DNA from: Octopus sinensis
Taxonomy: Eukaryota
NCBI RefSeq assembly: GCF_006345805.1
Contig: NC_042998.1
Span: forward strand, 205,840,001-205,904,000
DNA length: 64,000 bases
Direction: 5' to 3'
A model generated the notes under the pieces. It was not told the DNA's origin and made no database searches. It saw only the letters and a program-made list of their open reading frames with translations. Shown here piece by piece: positions 1 through 12,229 of the stretch. The first letter of the stretch is position 1. Every line of letters begins with the position of its first letter. The position numbers and the translations under genes are program-made.

Positions 1-2013
1 CCGTGTGGTGGGTGGAGTGGTTTACATTTTAAAAATGACTGTCCATTTAAAAATATAAAATGCTACAAGTGTGTTAAAATAGGCCATAAAAAGTCGCATT
101 GTAGGACAGAACCTAAAAAACAGTTCAACAGAAAAAAATCACATTAACAGATTATTGGTAACAAAAAATATGAATGAGCCTCTAAGAAAATTGGCGTATG
201 TAAAAATTAATAACACAAATGTCAAGTTACAACTGGATACAAGCAGCAACATCAATAATTAACACAGATACATGGAAAAAGATGAGGAGACCTAAATGAA
301 ATGAAACCTTGAAAATTGCCTGTGATGTTTCAGGAAAAAAATTATACTTTAAGGGTGAATTGATAAGTAACATTACATTTTTTAGAAAAAACTTTAAAGG
401 CTAAAGTTTTTCTGTTAAATATTGGGTCATCCCATAAATAATGCAGTTTTTCAACTGCATGAACTAAAAGTCAGAGGAGGATGGGATAAACTACCTACAT
501 CAACTTGCTATAAAAGCAGTAGTTTACTTGCTTATTCTTAGTGCAATTTTTGAAGAGTGCAGTTCAATTTTAACAGTTTTTTTCAAAGCTATAATGAAAG
601 TGACAAAGGAGTAATATTCGGTCTAATTTGCTTGAGGAGTTCAATAAAGGCAACAACGCAACAGAGATTGCAAGGAATAATAATGCAGTGTATGGGGATC
701 GGACAATAAGTGTAAGCCAGTGATTCCAGAGATTCTGAGTTGGAAACTACAGCCTCATCCGGGAAGATCTGTAGAGCTTGACAAGGACGTGCTTCAAACT
801 CTGGTGGAACAAAATCCCATCGTTACTATAGAGGAACTAACAGAGGGTTTAGATTTGGTCATTCAACCATTCATTGACATCTGCATGCCATCAGAAAAGT
901 CAGCAAATAGGGTCAGTGGGTTCCTCACAAACTTTTCAAGTCTAAGCATGCACAGAGAATGAATGTGTGCTCTTCTTTGCTGTTATGTCTCATGGATGAA
1001 CTCGTTTTGGACCAAAATAGTGATTGGTGACAAGAAATGGGTTCTCTATAAAAACGTCAAGCAGCAAAGACAGTGGTTAGGGAAAGGAGAAACATTGGCA
1101 CACCAGGCTAAAGAAGGTCTTTATCCACATAAGGTGTTGTTATGTTTGGTGGGTTATGAAAAATTTAATCTACTTTAAACTTTTAAACCCAAACCAAATG
1201 ATAACAAAGGAGATCTATAGTGAGCAGTTTGAGTGGCTTAAGTCAGCGCTAGAAGAAAAACGACCATCTTTGATTTCAAGACAAAAAGTGTTCTTCCATC
1301 AGGATAATGCTCAGCCACATACAGTGAGGAGGACATTCCAAAGGTTGGAGGAGTCTGAACAGGAAATTATCATTCATTCTGCAGTCTGCAAAATCATTTG
1401 AACAAAAAAAAAATATGAATTCTGTAGATGAGGTCAGAACAGTATTGGAGGAGTATTTTTCGTCATGGACAAGTGAATTTTGGAGGAGGGGCCTTGCAAG
1501 TCAATAAGATAGATGGAAGAGCATTGTAGAAAATGAAGGAGAGTATGTTTTAGACTAAAAAAGAATTTTGTTTATCTTAATTTTGAAAAATAAAAGAAGT
1601 ATAAAAAAAACTGCATTATTTATTGGATGACCCAATAATACAACAAACTTGTCCGATACTGACTGGATGGAATTGTTTAATTTATGGGACTTCCCCATAA
1701 TTCTTTTCTGTCAAAATGTAAATGGTTTTTCCTCCAGAACAAATAAGTCGTCAGATGAATTGGAAAAAAATTAAAATTACTTTTCCTGAAGTTCTTTGTG
1801 ACGAAACAAAGACATGGTTTCAAATACATGAAAACGCCATACCAGAATTTAAGCAAAAACAAACGGTACTGTTTGCAGCATTAGAATAGATAAACCTAGA
1901 GTTAGAGAGACTAGACAAAACTGGAGTTATCCAAAAAGTGGTATACTCTGAATGGACATCACCAACTGTGATTGTTAAGAAAAAGAATAATAAAATCAAA
2001 GTGTGTGCTGATC
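1..2013 (+). mobile_element. Degenerate Gypsy/Ty3-type LTR retrotransposon gag-protease-RT fragment, interrupted by a mariner at 420-1637
   Basis: Gag zinc knuckle CYKCVKIGHKKSHC (61-102); protease-like VKINNTNVKLQLDTS; RT N-terminus INLELERLDKTGVIQKVVYSEWTSPTVIVKKKNNKIKVCAD (~1890-2013). Stops and frameshifts present. Confidence 0.8.
422..1635 (+). mobile_element. Full-length but decayed mariner DNA transposon
   Basis: 30-bp TIRs with 1 mismatch (ttgggtcatcc[c/a]ataaataatgcagttttt); TA duplicated at 420-421 and 1636-1637; transposase pieces IVIGDKKWVLYKN and FHQDNAQPHT in broken frames. Confidence 0.92.
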
Positions 2014-2045
2014 TTTTTCCCCACTAGAATTGAGTCCTAAGCATA

Positions 2046-3953
2046 TCATCATCATCGTTTAACATCCGCTTTCCATGCTGGCATGGGTTGGACGATTTGA
2101 CTGAGGACTGGCGAACCAGATGACTGCACCAGGCTCCAATCTGATCTAGCAGAGTTTCTACAGCTGGATGCCCTTCCTAATGCCAACCACTCCGTGAGTG
2201 TAGTGGGTGCTTTTACATGCCACCAGCACAAGGGCCAGTCAGGCGGTACTCGCAATGGCCATGCTCAAATGGTGTTTATTACATGCCACCTGGACAGGAG
2301 CCAGTCCAACAGCACTGGCAATGACATAGCTTGAATGTTTTTTCATGTGCCACCAGCACAAGTGCCAGTAAGGTGACGCTGGTAACAATCACGCTCAAAT
2401 GGTATTTTTTACGTGCCACCGGCACGGAAGCCAGTTAGCCACTCTGGCAACAATCACGCTCAGATGGTGCTCTTAGCGCACCACTAGCATGGATGCCAAC
2501 CATCGAATTTGATTTTGATTTCACTTGCCTCAACAGGTTTTTGCAATCGGAGTTTAATGTCCAAAGAGGGAAAGGTACGTATAAGTGGGCTGGTTATGCC
2601 CTGGCATAGGCCACGAGGTTATGGTCTCACTTGGCTTGCCAGGTCTTCTCAAGCACAACATATTTCCAAAGGTCTTGGTCACTAGTCATTGCCTCGGTAA
2701 GGCCTAATGTTCGAAGGTCGTGCTTCACCACTTCATCCCAGGTCTTCCTGGGTCTACCTCTTCCACAGGCTCCCTCAACCTCTAGGGTGTGGCACTTTTT
2801 CACACAGCTGTCCTCATCCATTCTTGCCACATGACCATACCAGCGCAGTCGTCTCCCTTCCACAAATCTGATGCTTCTTAGGTCCAACTTTTCTCTCAAG
2901 GTACTTATACTCTGTCGATTATGAACACTGACATTACACATCCATTGAATCATACTGGCTTCATTCCTTGCGAGCTTACGCATGTCCTCAGCAGTCACGG
3001 CCCATGTTTCACTGCCAGGTAGCATGGCTGTTCGTACACATGCGTCATACAGTCTATCTTTTACTCTGAGTGAGAGGCCCTTCGTCACCAGTAGAGGTAA
3101 GAGCTCTCTGAACTTTGCCCAGGCTATTCTTATTCTAGCAGCTACACTTCCATCGCACCCTCCCCTGCTACCAACTTGTTCACCTAGGTAACAGAAACTG
3201 TCAACTATTTCTAGTTTTTCTCCCAATAATGTGGTGGGAGTTGTTCTCTGTACATTTTCAGCGTTTATTGCTCCTGAGCATCTGCCACATACAAAAACTA
3301 TCTTCCCAGTTAGTCTTCCTTTGATATTACTGCACCTCTTAAGTGTCCATAGCTTACACTGGGTACATCTTATAGAGTTGCTACCTACGCCTCTACTACA
3401 GATCGAGCAGGGCCATCTACCTGAAGGGATTTGTGGTTTGCCTGCCTTCCTACTTATTAGGACTTTGGTTTTAGCTATTGACTCTAAGGTCCTTCGATTC
3501 TAATCCTTGTTTCCACACCTCAAACTTCTCCTCGAGTTCTGATAGTGACTCAGCAATTAGAGCAAGGTCGTCAGCATAGAGAAACTCCCAGGGGCATCCT
3601 GTCTTGAATTCCTCTGTTATTGCCAGGAGGACTATGATAAATAGGAGGGGACTAAGGACTGAAACTTGGTGGACCCCTACCCGGAATTCTTCACTGTACT
3701 TGTTGCCAACCCTCACCTTACTGACGGCGTCCCTTTACATGGCTCGCACAGCTCTCACTAACCATTCATCTATCCCTAGTTTCCTCATTGACCACTAGAT
3801 AAGGGATCAGGGGACCCTGTCAAAGGCTTTCTTCATGTCAGCGAAAGCCAGGTACAGCGCTTTATCTTTGGCTAGGTATTTCTCCTGCAGCTGTCTTACC
3901 AGGAATATAGCATCAGTGGTGCTTTTCCCTGGCACGAACCCAAACTACATCTC
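2046..3953 (-). mobile_element. 5'-truncated RTE-clade LINE (RT, C-terminus, 3' UTR, (ATG)n tail), copy A
   Basis: Minus-strand YADDLALIAES, FCYLG, RLRWYGHVARM and GRGRPRKTW motifs; (CAT)n tail at 2046 on the plus strand; premature stops. Confidence 0.92.
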
Positions 3954-4210
3954 CTATGACCCTCATATATCAAAACTCAGAGTGGAGTTCACTTCTCAAA
4001 AGGGGAGAAGATAGGGGAGACTGATTCTAAAAAGGGGAGATGTTGTGGAAGAATTCTGACCCCCACCCCAAGTAACTAAAGGTGGACTGACACATTGTTA
4101 GAAAAATTTTTTAAAAACTGTGACCGATTGGCAGTTTGGGTTGGTAGCAGTTCACTGTGAGTTTTTGATATAGAGCATTGAGTCTTGTGTAATAGTATTG
4201 CATCATTAAA

Positions 4211-4440
4211 GGTGGCAAGCTGGCAGAAACGTTTGCACGCCAAGCGAAATGCTTAGCGGTATTTCGTCTGCCACTACGTTCTGGGTTCAAATTCTGCCAA
4301 GGTTGACTTTGCCTTTCATCCTTGCGGGGTCGATAAATTAAGTACTAGTTATGCACTGGGGTCGATTTAATCAACTTAATCCATTTGTCTGTCCTTGTTT
4401 GTTCCCTCTGTGTGTAGCCCCTTGCAGGCAGTAAAAAAAT
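4211..4440 (+). mobile_element. tRNA-derived SINE, family 1
   Basis: B-box-like gggttcaaattc, then the core ctttcatcct..ggggtcgataaa..agtac. The same core recurs on both strands (~15880, 18690, 18960, 20640, 39850, 43621, 51960, 59590). Confidence 0.75.
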
Positions 4441-5057
4441 AAGTATTGCATTATGTGTATACTTTCTTCCCAACTGCTTCATTACATTATATATCCAATA
4501 CAAGGATATAAAAGAACGAAATTGCATAATATGGGAACTCCAGCACTCATAACATGATTCTCGTCTGCCACAACCAGATCGTGTGTGTGTGCTTTTATGC
4601 ACCAAGCGCCTATAAGAGAGGGTTTCTCAAGGCTAATAACAGTATTCAGTGTTCTAACAACATACTCATTTTAAATTGGACATGAAGATTACCTTTTTGG
4701 TATTATTTACCACTTTCATCACTAACAATTTTTAAGCCATGGTGTTGATAACAAACTGTCTTATAAAACAAAAGAAAAGCTGAAAGGAGCAAAGACAACA
4801 AGGATGGCTGGCTAACTAAATGTACAACATAAGACATTGTATTGACAGGGAATGAAGAGTAATGAACAAATGTTAAAACATTGTGACTAAACTAGTTTTA
4901 GTTTTGAGTGAATTTAAAGAAGAACTGACAAACCCCAAAAGCAAATTAAAATCAAAACACCAGGTTTTGACAGTTTGCATAGAAGGAAAAGAAAACACAA
5001 TATCCCATCCAAAAATATCAATATGGCCAGAAGATAAGAGCTTACTCAAAATAATTA

Positions 5058-5745
5058 CTCTCAGTTTCCACCACAGCCTCAAGAGGGCTCTGGAATCTGG
5101 GGCAGGTGTTCCTCACTATGTCTCTAGAAAGATCTTTGAGCAATTCCTTGATCTTGGAAACCAGCTCGGTCTTGGTGCTGTAGGCAGAGTAGCCAGTGTC
5201 TTTCTCAACCATGGCCCCATACATAGTAATCCATGGGATTACAATCAGGGAGATTAAGAGACCAGAAACTGGGGCTGGTGAAGTTATAGAAATTCTCAGA
5301 CAACCACTTCCAGAGGTATGGCAAGGAGCTGAATCATGCCACCCCACATATGACCATCCAGCCAGGTTTTGAGCATGGTCTCCAGCAGCTTCACATAGCC
5401 ATCTGAAGAGAGCTTAAAGCCCTTTTTATCACTTGCTAGATGAATTCCAGTGTGCAGATACATTCCGAATGCTCACTGTCTCCCTTCCTGCTGACCATGG
5501 CTTCATAATCTCTGTTGCAGCAGTCCATATCCCATCCGACAGATTTTATGGTGCTCACAGAGCAATGAGCCACAGTCATGATGTCAGCATTTTGATACCC
5601 AACATGAATCATAATACAGCTAACACTTTTCCAATATTCAGATGGCTTCCAGGTCTCCATGTCAGCTAACTTTTCCTCAACTATGACTAATCTTTTATGC
5701 TCACCAATGCCACTCACTGTTCATCAATATTGCAAGCTGTTTCTG
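5058..5745 (-). mobile_element. Tc1/mariner transposase relic
   Basis: Minus-strand HDSAPCHTS and NPMDYYVWAM-type motifs and the C-terminus RFQSPLEAVVETESNYFE; similar to the copy at 32046. Confidence 0.7.
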
Positions 5746-5835
5746 ACATAAGGAATCAAAAAAAGAAAAACAAATTGTCAAATTTAGTGTGAACACTCTG
5801 TAAAGAAAAGTAAAACCTATCAGATTAAATAATCC

Positions 5836-6368
5836 ATCATCATCATCGCCATTTAACGTCCGCTTTCCATGCTAGCATAGGTTGGAAGATTTAACTGAGG
5901 TCTGGTGAACTAGATGTCTGCACCAGGCTCCAATCTGATCTGGCAGAGTTTCTACAGTTGGATGCCCTTCCTAACGCCAACCACTCCGAGAGTGTAGTGG
6001 GTGCTTTTACATGCCACCGGCACGAGGGCTAGTCAGGTGGTATTGGCAATGGCCACGCTCAAATGGTGCTTTTTATGTGCCACCTGCACAGGAGCCAGTC
6101 CAGCAGCACTGGCAACAACCTCACTCGAATGTTTTTTCACGTGCCACTAGCACAAGTGCCTGTAGGGCGACGCAGGTAACGATCACGCTCGAATGTTGCT
6201 TTAAACATGCCACCGGCACAGAAGCCAGTTTGTTGCTCTGGCAATGATCACACTTGGATAGTACTCTTAGTGCTCCACTAGCACGGATGCCAATCATCGA
6301 ATTTTATTTAATTTCACTTGCCTCAACAGGTCTTTGCAAGCAGAGTTTAGTGTCCAATGAAGGAAAGA
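5836..6368 (-). mobile_element. RTE LINE 3' UTR fragment
   Basis: (CAT)n followed by the same 3' UTR and sub-repeat series as copy A. Confidence 0.8.
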
Positions 6369-6644
6369 CAAAATAGTCAAGGGGCTCAAATTTCCTTCTT
6401 AGGGAAAGAAGACAAAGACCTAGTGATAACTGATCATGATTCACACTGAAGAAATAAAAAGGAAGACTGGAACAAATTAGGAATTAATTTTAAGAAATGT
6501 GTTTCTCATGGAAAATCTGAACTTTGTAGGGACATTAAGAGTACAGGTTTGATATTCATGGAGCTAGTTGATTGATAAACAGAGGATTTGTCAATAAAAA
6601 AGGTTATGAAGATTTTTAGCCAAAAGTAATAGATACTATAATAA

Positions 6645-6845
6645 CCCTTTTAATACCAACTTGCCTAAGACTACCTCAGGTTCTGTGCCAACTTCTTGTT
6701 TAAAATCTTCCAAAATTTCTTGTTAATCTATGTTCAAAACACCAGCTTAATAATGACAAATTGATTTTTACTAAATTCTTTATCAATTTTAAAATTAGCT
6801 AAAACAATAGAACCATATTTCAATAGAAATATAGCAATGAAAGGG
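6645..6845. mobile_element. Possible piggyBac-type MITE
   Basis: Starts (ataa)cccttt and ends aaaggg(ttaa): CCC...GGG termini with a TTAA-like TSD; AT-rich, non-coding. Confidence 0.45.
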
Positions 6846-9332
6846 TTAAACAAAAATTGAGCTGATGCAAATAACTGAGACGGATTCAGGTGTTAATCAG
6901 GTGTTGATGTACCGAATGATGTACACATTACTTAATGAAATGATAACTCGTTCAGTTGGAGAAAGAAAGCAAATGTTTACTCTTTTAAGGGAAAATACTT
7001 TAGCTCATTAAAAAATGTTTACAAAGCTCAGATGAGACTAAATAAGGAATATTAATTACTTGCACATTCGCTGCAACTCCTATCACCACCACCACCACCA
7101 AATGACAACTGACTGACTGGCACAATACAACATCCCTGAAGCCTTCCTATTCACTCTACATTTTTAATCTCCAACTATGACCTACACCTAAACCCACATC
7201 TCTTCCTCATTAACTCTATAAGACCCCACACTAACCATTCCTTTCTTCTCCAGAGCAGCAACCCTATGGAATTCAACATTTTCCCAGCAGATATGGAATA
7301 AGAGATGTAAACTGAAGACTAATGACATCATCTATGGGGGGGGGGTCCTCCATCAATCACACAAATCTGTCAACTGAACATGAAAGGCACAAAAAGACAG
7401 GGTCCAACCACATATCACAGGACTATTACAGAATGCCTTTCAACCTCTCTGTCTGCATGCTGTAAGAGTTTACTTGCAGGGTTGAAGTTAGGGAAGGGCA
7501 TCCAGCCATAAAATACTACCTCAGAAAGCCGATCCAATTGTGGATGTAAAATGTGTGTGTATGTGTGTTCCTGTATCTCTTTCTCAGATTCTAACAATGT
7601 CTAATGTTATTTTCTATACATTCATTCAGCACCATTTGAGCATGGTCAATGCCAGTACTGCCTGACCGGCCCTCATGCCAGTGGTACGTAAAAAGCACCC
7701 ACTACACTCTCGGAGTGGTTGGCATTAGGAAGGGCATCCAGCTGTAGAAACATTGCCAGATCAGATTGGAGCCTGGTACAGCCTTCTGGCTCACCAGCCC
7801 TCAGTCGAATTGTCCAACCCATACCAGCATGGAAAGCAGACAAACAACGATGATGATGATACTGGAACAAATTAGAAATAAATAATTGGGAAATTTCCAG
7901 TTAAACCTGCAAAAATATTTTTCATTTTAAATATTTGCAAAATCTACTTTTATTAGCAGAATGTCTCTTTCAGTGGATTTCTATTAAAACTATTTACCAA
8001 CAAACAATATTTGAAACAAAAGCTATTTCTCTTAGTAACAGAAGCTATCGAGGATTCAACGACCAAGCAGTGTCAAAAATAATAAGAGTGTCGCTAAAGG
8101 ATAGATTCAGCCATTGATAGCAACTTTAAGGCAGCGAAGCTATCTGTGGCTGATGAATATTTATTATTACTTGCCACGTGGCAAATATGATCAGCTGCAA
8201 GGAAATGTAACATTACAGGTCAGCAAATTAAATCTAAACATCGTGGGTCACACCTTTGTAGTTAATTAGTTTAATTGACTATGAATTTAAATGGCATTTT
8301 CTCTTCAATTTCTATCGTGTGTATATGTATGTAAAGTGGAGGTATACTAAAGCACCAATGATTGAAATATATGTATATGCAGTCATAATTAACATGTTCA
8401 TGTAAAAATACACCACTGGGTTTGTTGGGTATGAACAGGCCAGTGGTGTATTTTTTTAACACAGAATTTATCTGAGTCAATTTCCACCATAGAGGCCTTC
8501 TTAAATGTACACACAGACACACACACACACATCATGTCAATGTATAGACTTGTAGTAGTCCTGTGTCGGTGGAGGAGTAGAACACTAGTTGTTCTACACA
8601 GAAAGTAATTGTTGATATATTAAAACTTAGTTGCCACACCTCCAGTCAATACCCCACCCTTATGGGAACAGACCAATAACGAAAAACATTTCAGTCACAA
8701 TTCCAACTTGTATCTTGAATGGATAACATTCAATCTGTCTAGTGTGAAACTAGGAATTTAGCTGCTATTTCTAGCAAATGGAACAACCATATACAAGATG
8801 TTTAAACAACAATTAGCCAAATAAGAGTTGTTAATGTTTGGTCACAAGCCTAACTACCCTCATTGAGCAGATCTATCAGAGTCAGTCCATACATGACCAT
8901 CTCTTTTTTTGCATATCTTTGACAAGATGTCATTTCTTTTTTAAGCTGGTAGTATGTGATTTGAGGGAAATGTGGCTGCTATTTCTAGCACATTAGACGA
9001 CCACAGAGAGAGCCATAAATAAATAAAATATAAACTGTGATAAGGTTTACAAAGCAAGTTTTATAACTTCTAGTTTCTTCCATTGTTTGATTTGGTGAAC
9101 CACTTGTTCTGGGGATACAGTCAACAGACTCCAACACTCTACTGATATTTTATTGAGCCGAGAAAGAAGAAAATCAAATCATCATTGGTCCCATTTGAAT
9201 GGGGATCACAAATTATAATCATTTCTGGCTACTTTTAAACTTCAAATCCCATTGCGGGCCACATACTCAAGATCAATCTCTTCCACACTCACTCTAAAAT
9301 TAGTAGCTTTCTTAGAAATCAATATTAATACA

Positions 9333-9730
9333 CAAGTGCAGCTGTGTGGTTAAGGAGCTTGCTTTGCAGCCATATGGTCTCAGGTTCAGTCTCACTGCAT
9401 GGCACCTTGGGCAAGTGTTTTGTATTATAGTTCCCAGGCCAAGCCTTGAGAGTGGATTTGGTAGACAGGAAACAGAAAGAAACCCATCGTGTACATGTGT
9501 ATGTATGCTTGTCTTGACATCACATAATGACCGTAAATGAGCATCCCCTGTCATACAAGCCTTGTTGTTTCCAGTCCCCCTTGAAAAATATGTCTGACCC
9601 TGGGATATATTATCTTGCTTGAAACAGGTGAGAGTTGGCAACAGGAAAGGCACCAGGCTGCAGAAAATTTGCCTCAACAAATTCCACATAACTCAACGCA
9701 AGCACGGAAAAGGGGAAGTTAAATGATAAG
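9333..9730 (+). mobile_element. tRNA-derived SINE, family 2, with an RTE-like 3' tail
   Basis: tRNA-like head (gctgtgtggttaag...ggttcagtc) and agtggatttggtagac core; 3' end resembles the RTE 3' terminus. A similar copy lies at 48678-49065. Confidence 0.7.
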
Positions 9731-10227
9731 GATTTCTGTTATTTCAAGACTGGATATAATCCACCCCTGTCACAAGAGACCTTTAGTCCATGTTGGTAGA
9801 GCATGACTATTATCATTGGCATTCTAGTCATGACCATCCTGTCATTTTCTTCTTCGAGTGTGATTGATGGAAATTTGATTGCTATTTGTAGAAGTCAAAA
9901 GCATTGCTGATATAAGAAATAGCCAACAATCTTCACAACTGACACAAAGCATAAGGTTGAGAAAGCATGACAAAGCTGAAATCAGTAAAAGGTGGTATTA
10001 TAAGAGTGGAAGTGGGTAAGTAAACCAGTGGTGGTGGGAATCAGTGAAAGATAGTGACAATGTAAATGGGTGTGTGAATAAAAACTGAGGCAATATAGAC
10101 TACCTCTCTAGAGAGAGACCTGTGCTAATATAGATCCTCTCTCAAGAAAAGGAGTAAATATAGTCAGGAAAACAAAAACCTATATTTGAACACAAAAGTA
10201 AAAAAGAAAAAGAAAATATAAAAACTC

Positions 10228-10857
10228 AGGTGTGGAAGAAAGTTCTAGAATCGAAGGGCCTTAGAGGGAATCTAGCCAAAATCAAAGTCTTAACAAGTAG
10301 GAAGGCAGACAAATCACAAATCCCTTCAGGCAGACAACCCTGCTTGATCTGTAGGAAAAGTGTAGAAACTAACTTCATAAGATGTACCCAGTGTAAGCTA
10401 TGGACACATAAGAGGTGCAGCAATATCAAAGAAAGGCTAACTGGGAAGATAGTTTTTGTATGTGGCAGATGCTCGGGAGCAATAAACACTGAAAATGTGC
10501 AGAGAACAGCTTCCATTACATACCAGGGGGAAAACTAGAAGTAGTTGATAGCTTCCGTTACCTAGGTGACCAAGTCAGTAGTGAAGGTGGTTGCTCTGAG
10601 AGTATAGCTGCTAGAATAAGAATAGTCTGGGCAAAGTTCAGAGAGCTCCTACTTCTGCTGGTAACAAAGGGCCTCTCACTCAGAGTGAAAGGTAGACTGT
10701 ATGAGGCATGTGTGCAAACAGCCATGCTACATGACAGTGAAACATGGGCTGTGACTGCTGAGGACATGCGTAAGCTTGCAAGAAATGAAGCTAGTATGCT
10801 CCGCTGAATGTGTAATGTCAGTGTGCATACAGGACAGAGTGTAAGCACCCTGAGAAA
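10228..10857 (+). mobile_element. RTE LINE internal fragment
   Basis: WKKVLESKGLRGNLAKIKVL...CTQCKLWTHKRCS...FRYLGDQ...AMLHDSETW, homologous to copies A and B. Confidence 0.85.
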
Positions 10858-10889
10858 AGCTGCGCCATGAGGATGAAAGACTTGAGGTA

Positions 10890-12182
10890 CGAGGGGCGTT
10901 CAATAAGTAATGCCCCTGACCCACTTCCCATAGCAGTAGAGCAACGAAACTTGGCACAGTTATTAGTCTTTTTCTACCTAGGAACCACCCAGAGTAACGC
11001 ATTTCTCTCATCGTGTGATGCAGCTCTGGAGACCGTTTTTGTAGAAGACCCCAGCTTGGTCCTCCAACCACAACGTGACTTCAGAAATCAAGGCTGCATC
11101 ATTTGGAAAACACTTTCCTTTCAAAAACAACTTCATGGCTGGGAAGAGGTGAAAATCAGAGGGTGCAAGGTCAGGAGAGTAGGGGCATGGGGGAGGAGTT
11201 CATAGCCGCACGCCTGTGCTTCTGATCTGGCGACACGCGAGTTGTGGACCGGAGCGTTGTCCTGCAGGAGGAGGATGCCTTTGCTGACCTTGTCCCGCCT
11301 CTTGATTTTGATAGCTTCTCTTAATTTCCTCAAAAGTGAAGCATAATAGGCTCCTATAATTGTGGTAGCCTTTGCCAGGAAATCTGTCATCACTACTCCG
11401 TCCTGGTCCCAGAAGACTGTGAGCATGACCTTGTCAGCGGAGCGCTGCACCCTTGCCTTCTTTGGAGGAGGTGAGTCACGGTGCTTTCACTGCATTGACT
11501 GGGCTTTGGTCTATGGATCATAGTGATGGACCCAGGTTTCATCCTGTGTAATCAGTCTTTTGAAAAAAATTGACTCATCTTCTTGGCATATCTCCAAATT
11601 CATCCTCGAGCACTCGACGCATTCTTGCTTCTGGAAAGATGTGAGCAGCCTGGGAATCCATCTGGCAGACACCTTTTGCATATGCAAATGGTCATGAATG
11701 ATAGTTTCCACAGACCTGGTACTAATCTTGACCTCATGGGCTATTTGGCGAATAGTTATGCGTCGATCTTCCAAAATGGCAGCCTCAACTTGACGGACAG
11801 ATGCCTCATCAATGGAAGAAGGGGGGGTGACCAGATCTGGGAGCTGTTTCCACAGAGTTCCGACCATGTTTGAATTCACGATGCCAGCGTTTTACAAGGT
11901 CATATGATGGGGCGTCATCACCATAAATTACTTTCATTTCATCAAAAGTCTCCCGTGGTGTGCGTCCTTTCAAATATAAAAACCGGATCACTGCTCGACA
12001 CTCAACAGGCTCCATTTCACACTTGACTCAGTTCAAACACCGGTAAATCCGAAACCACAATTAGTTCAGAGCTGTAATTTTCCCCTTAATCTATAGAGAT
12101 ATAAGCAATTGCACATGCAAAATTTCAGCTAGATCAAACAATTGAAAGTAGGTCAGAGGCATTACTTATTGAATGTCCCTCA
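10890..12182 (-). mobile_element. Full-length decayed mariner DNA transposon
   Basis: ~30-bp TIRs (cgaggggcgttcaataagtaatgcccctgac versus its complement at 12152-12182); TA at 10888-89 and 12183-84; transposase from ATG 12015 (MEPVECRAVIRFLYLKG, ITQDETWVHHYDP, LLQDNAPVHNS) with frameshifts. Confidence 0.92.
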
Positions 12183-12229
12183 TATTTCGTGTTGCAAAAC
12201 AGTGTGTGAGAGAGAATCGTGATGTATAA

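Noticed and set aside
4883-5257. 124-aa plus-strand ORF; also 15252-15476 and 21025-21273 on the minus strand
   Set aside because: No recognisable domain or splice context; the first runs antisense into a Tc1 relic. None resembles GOLPH3 exons 2-4.
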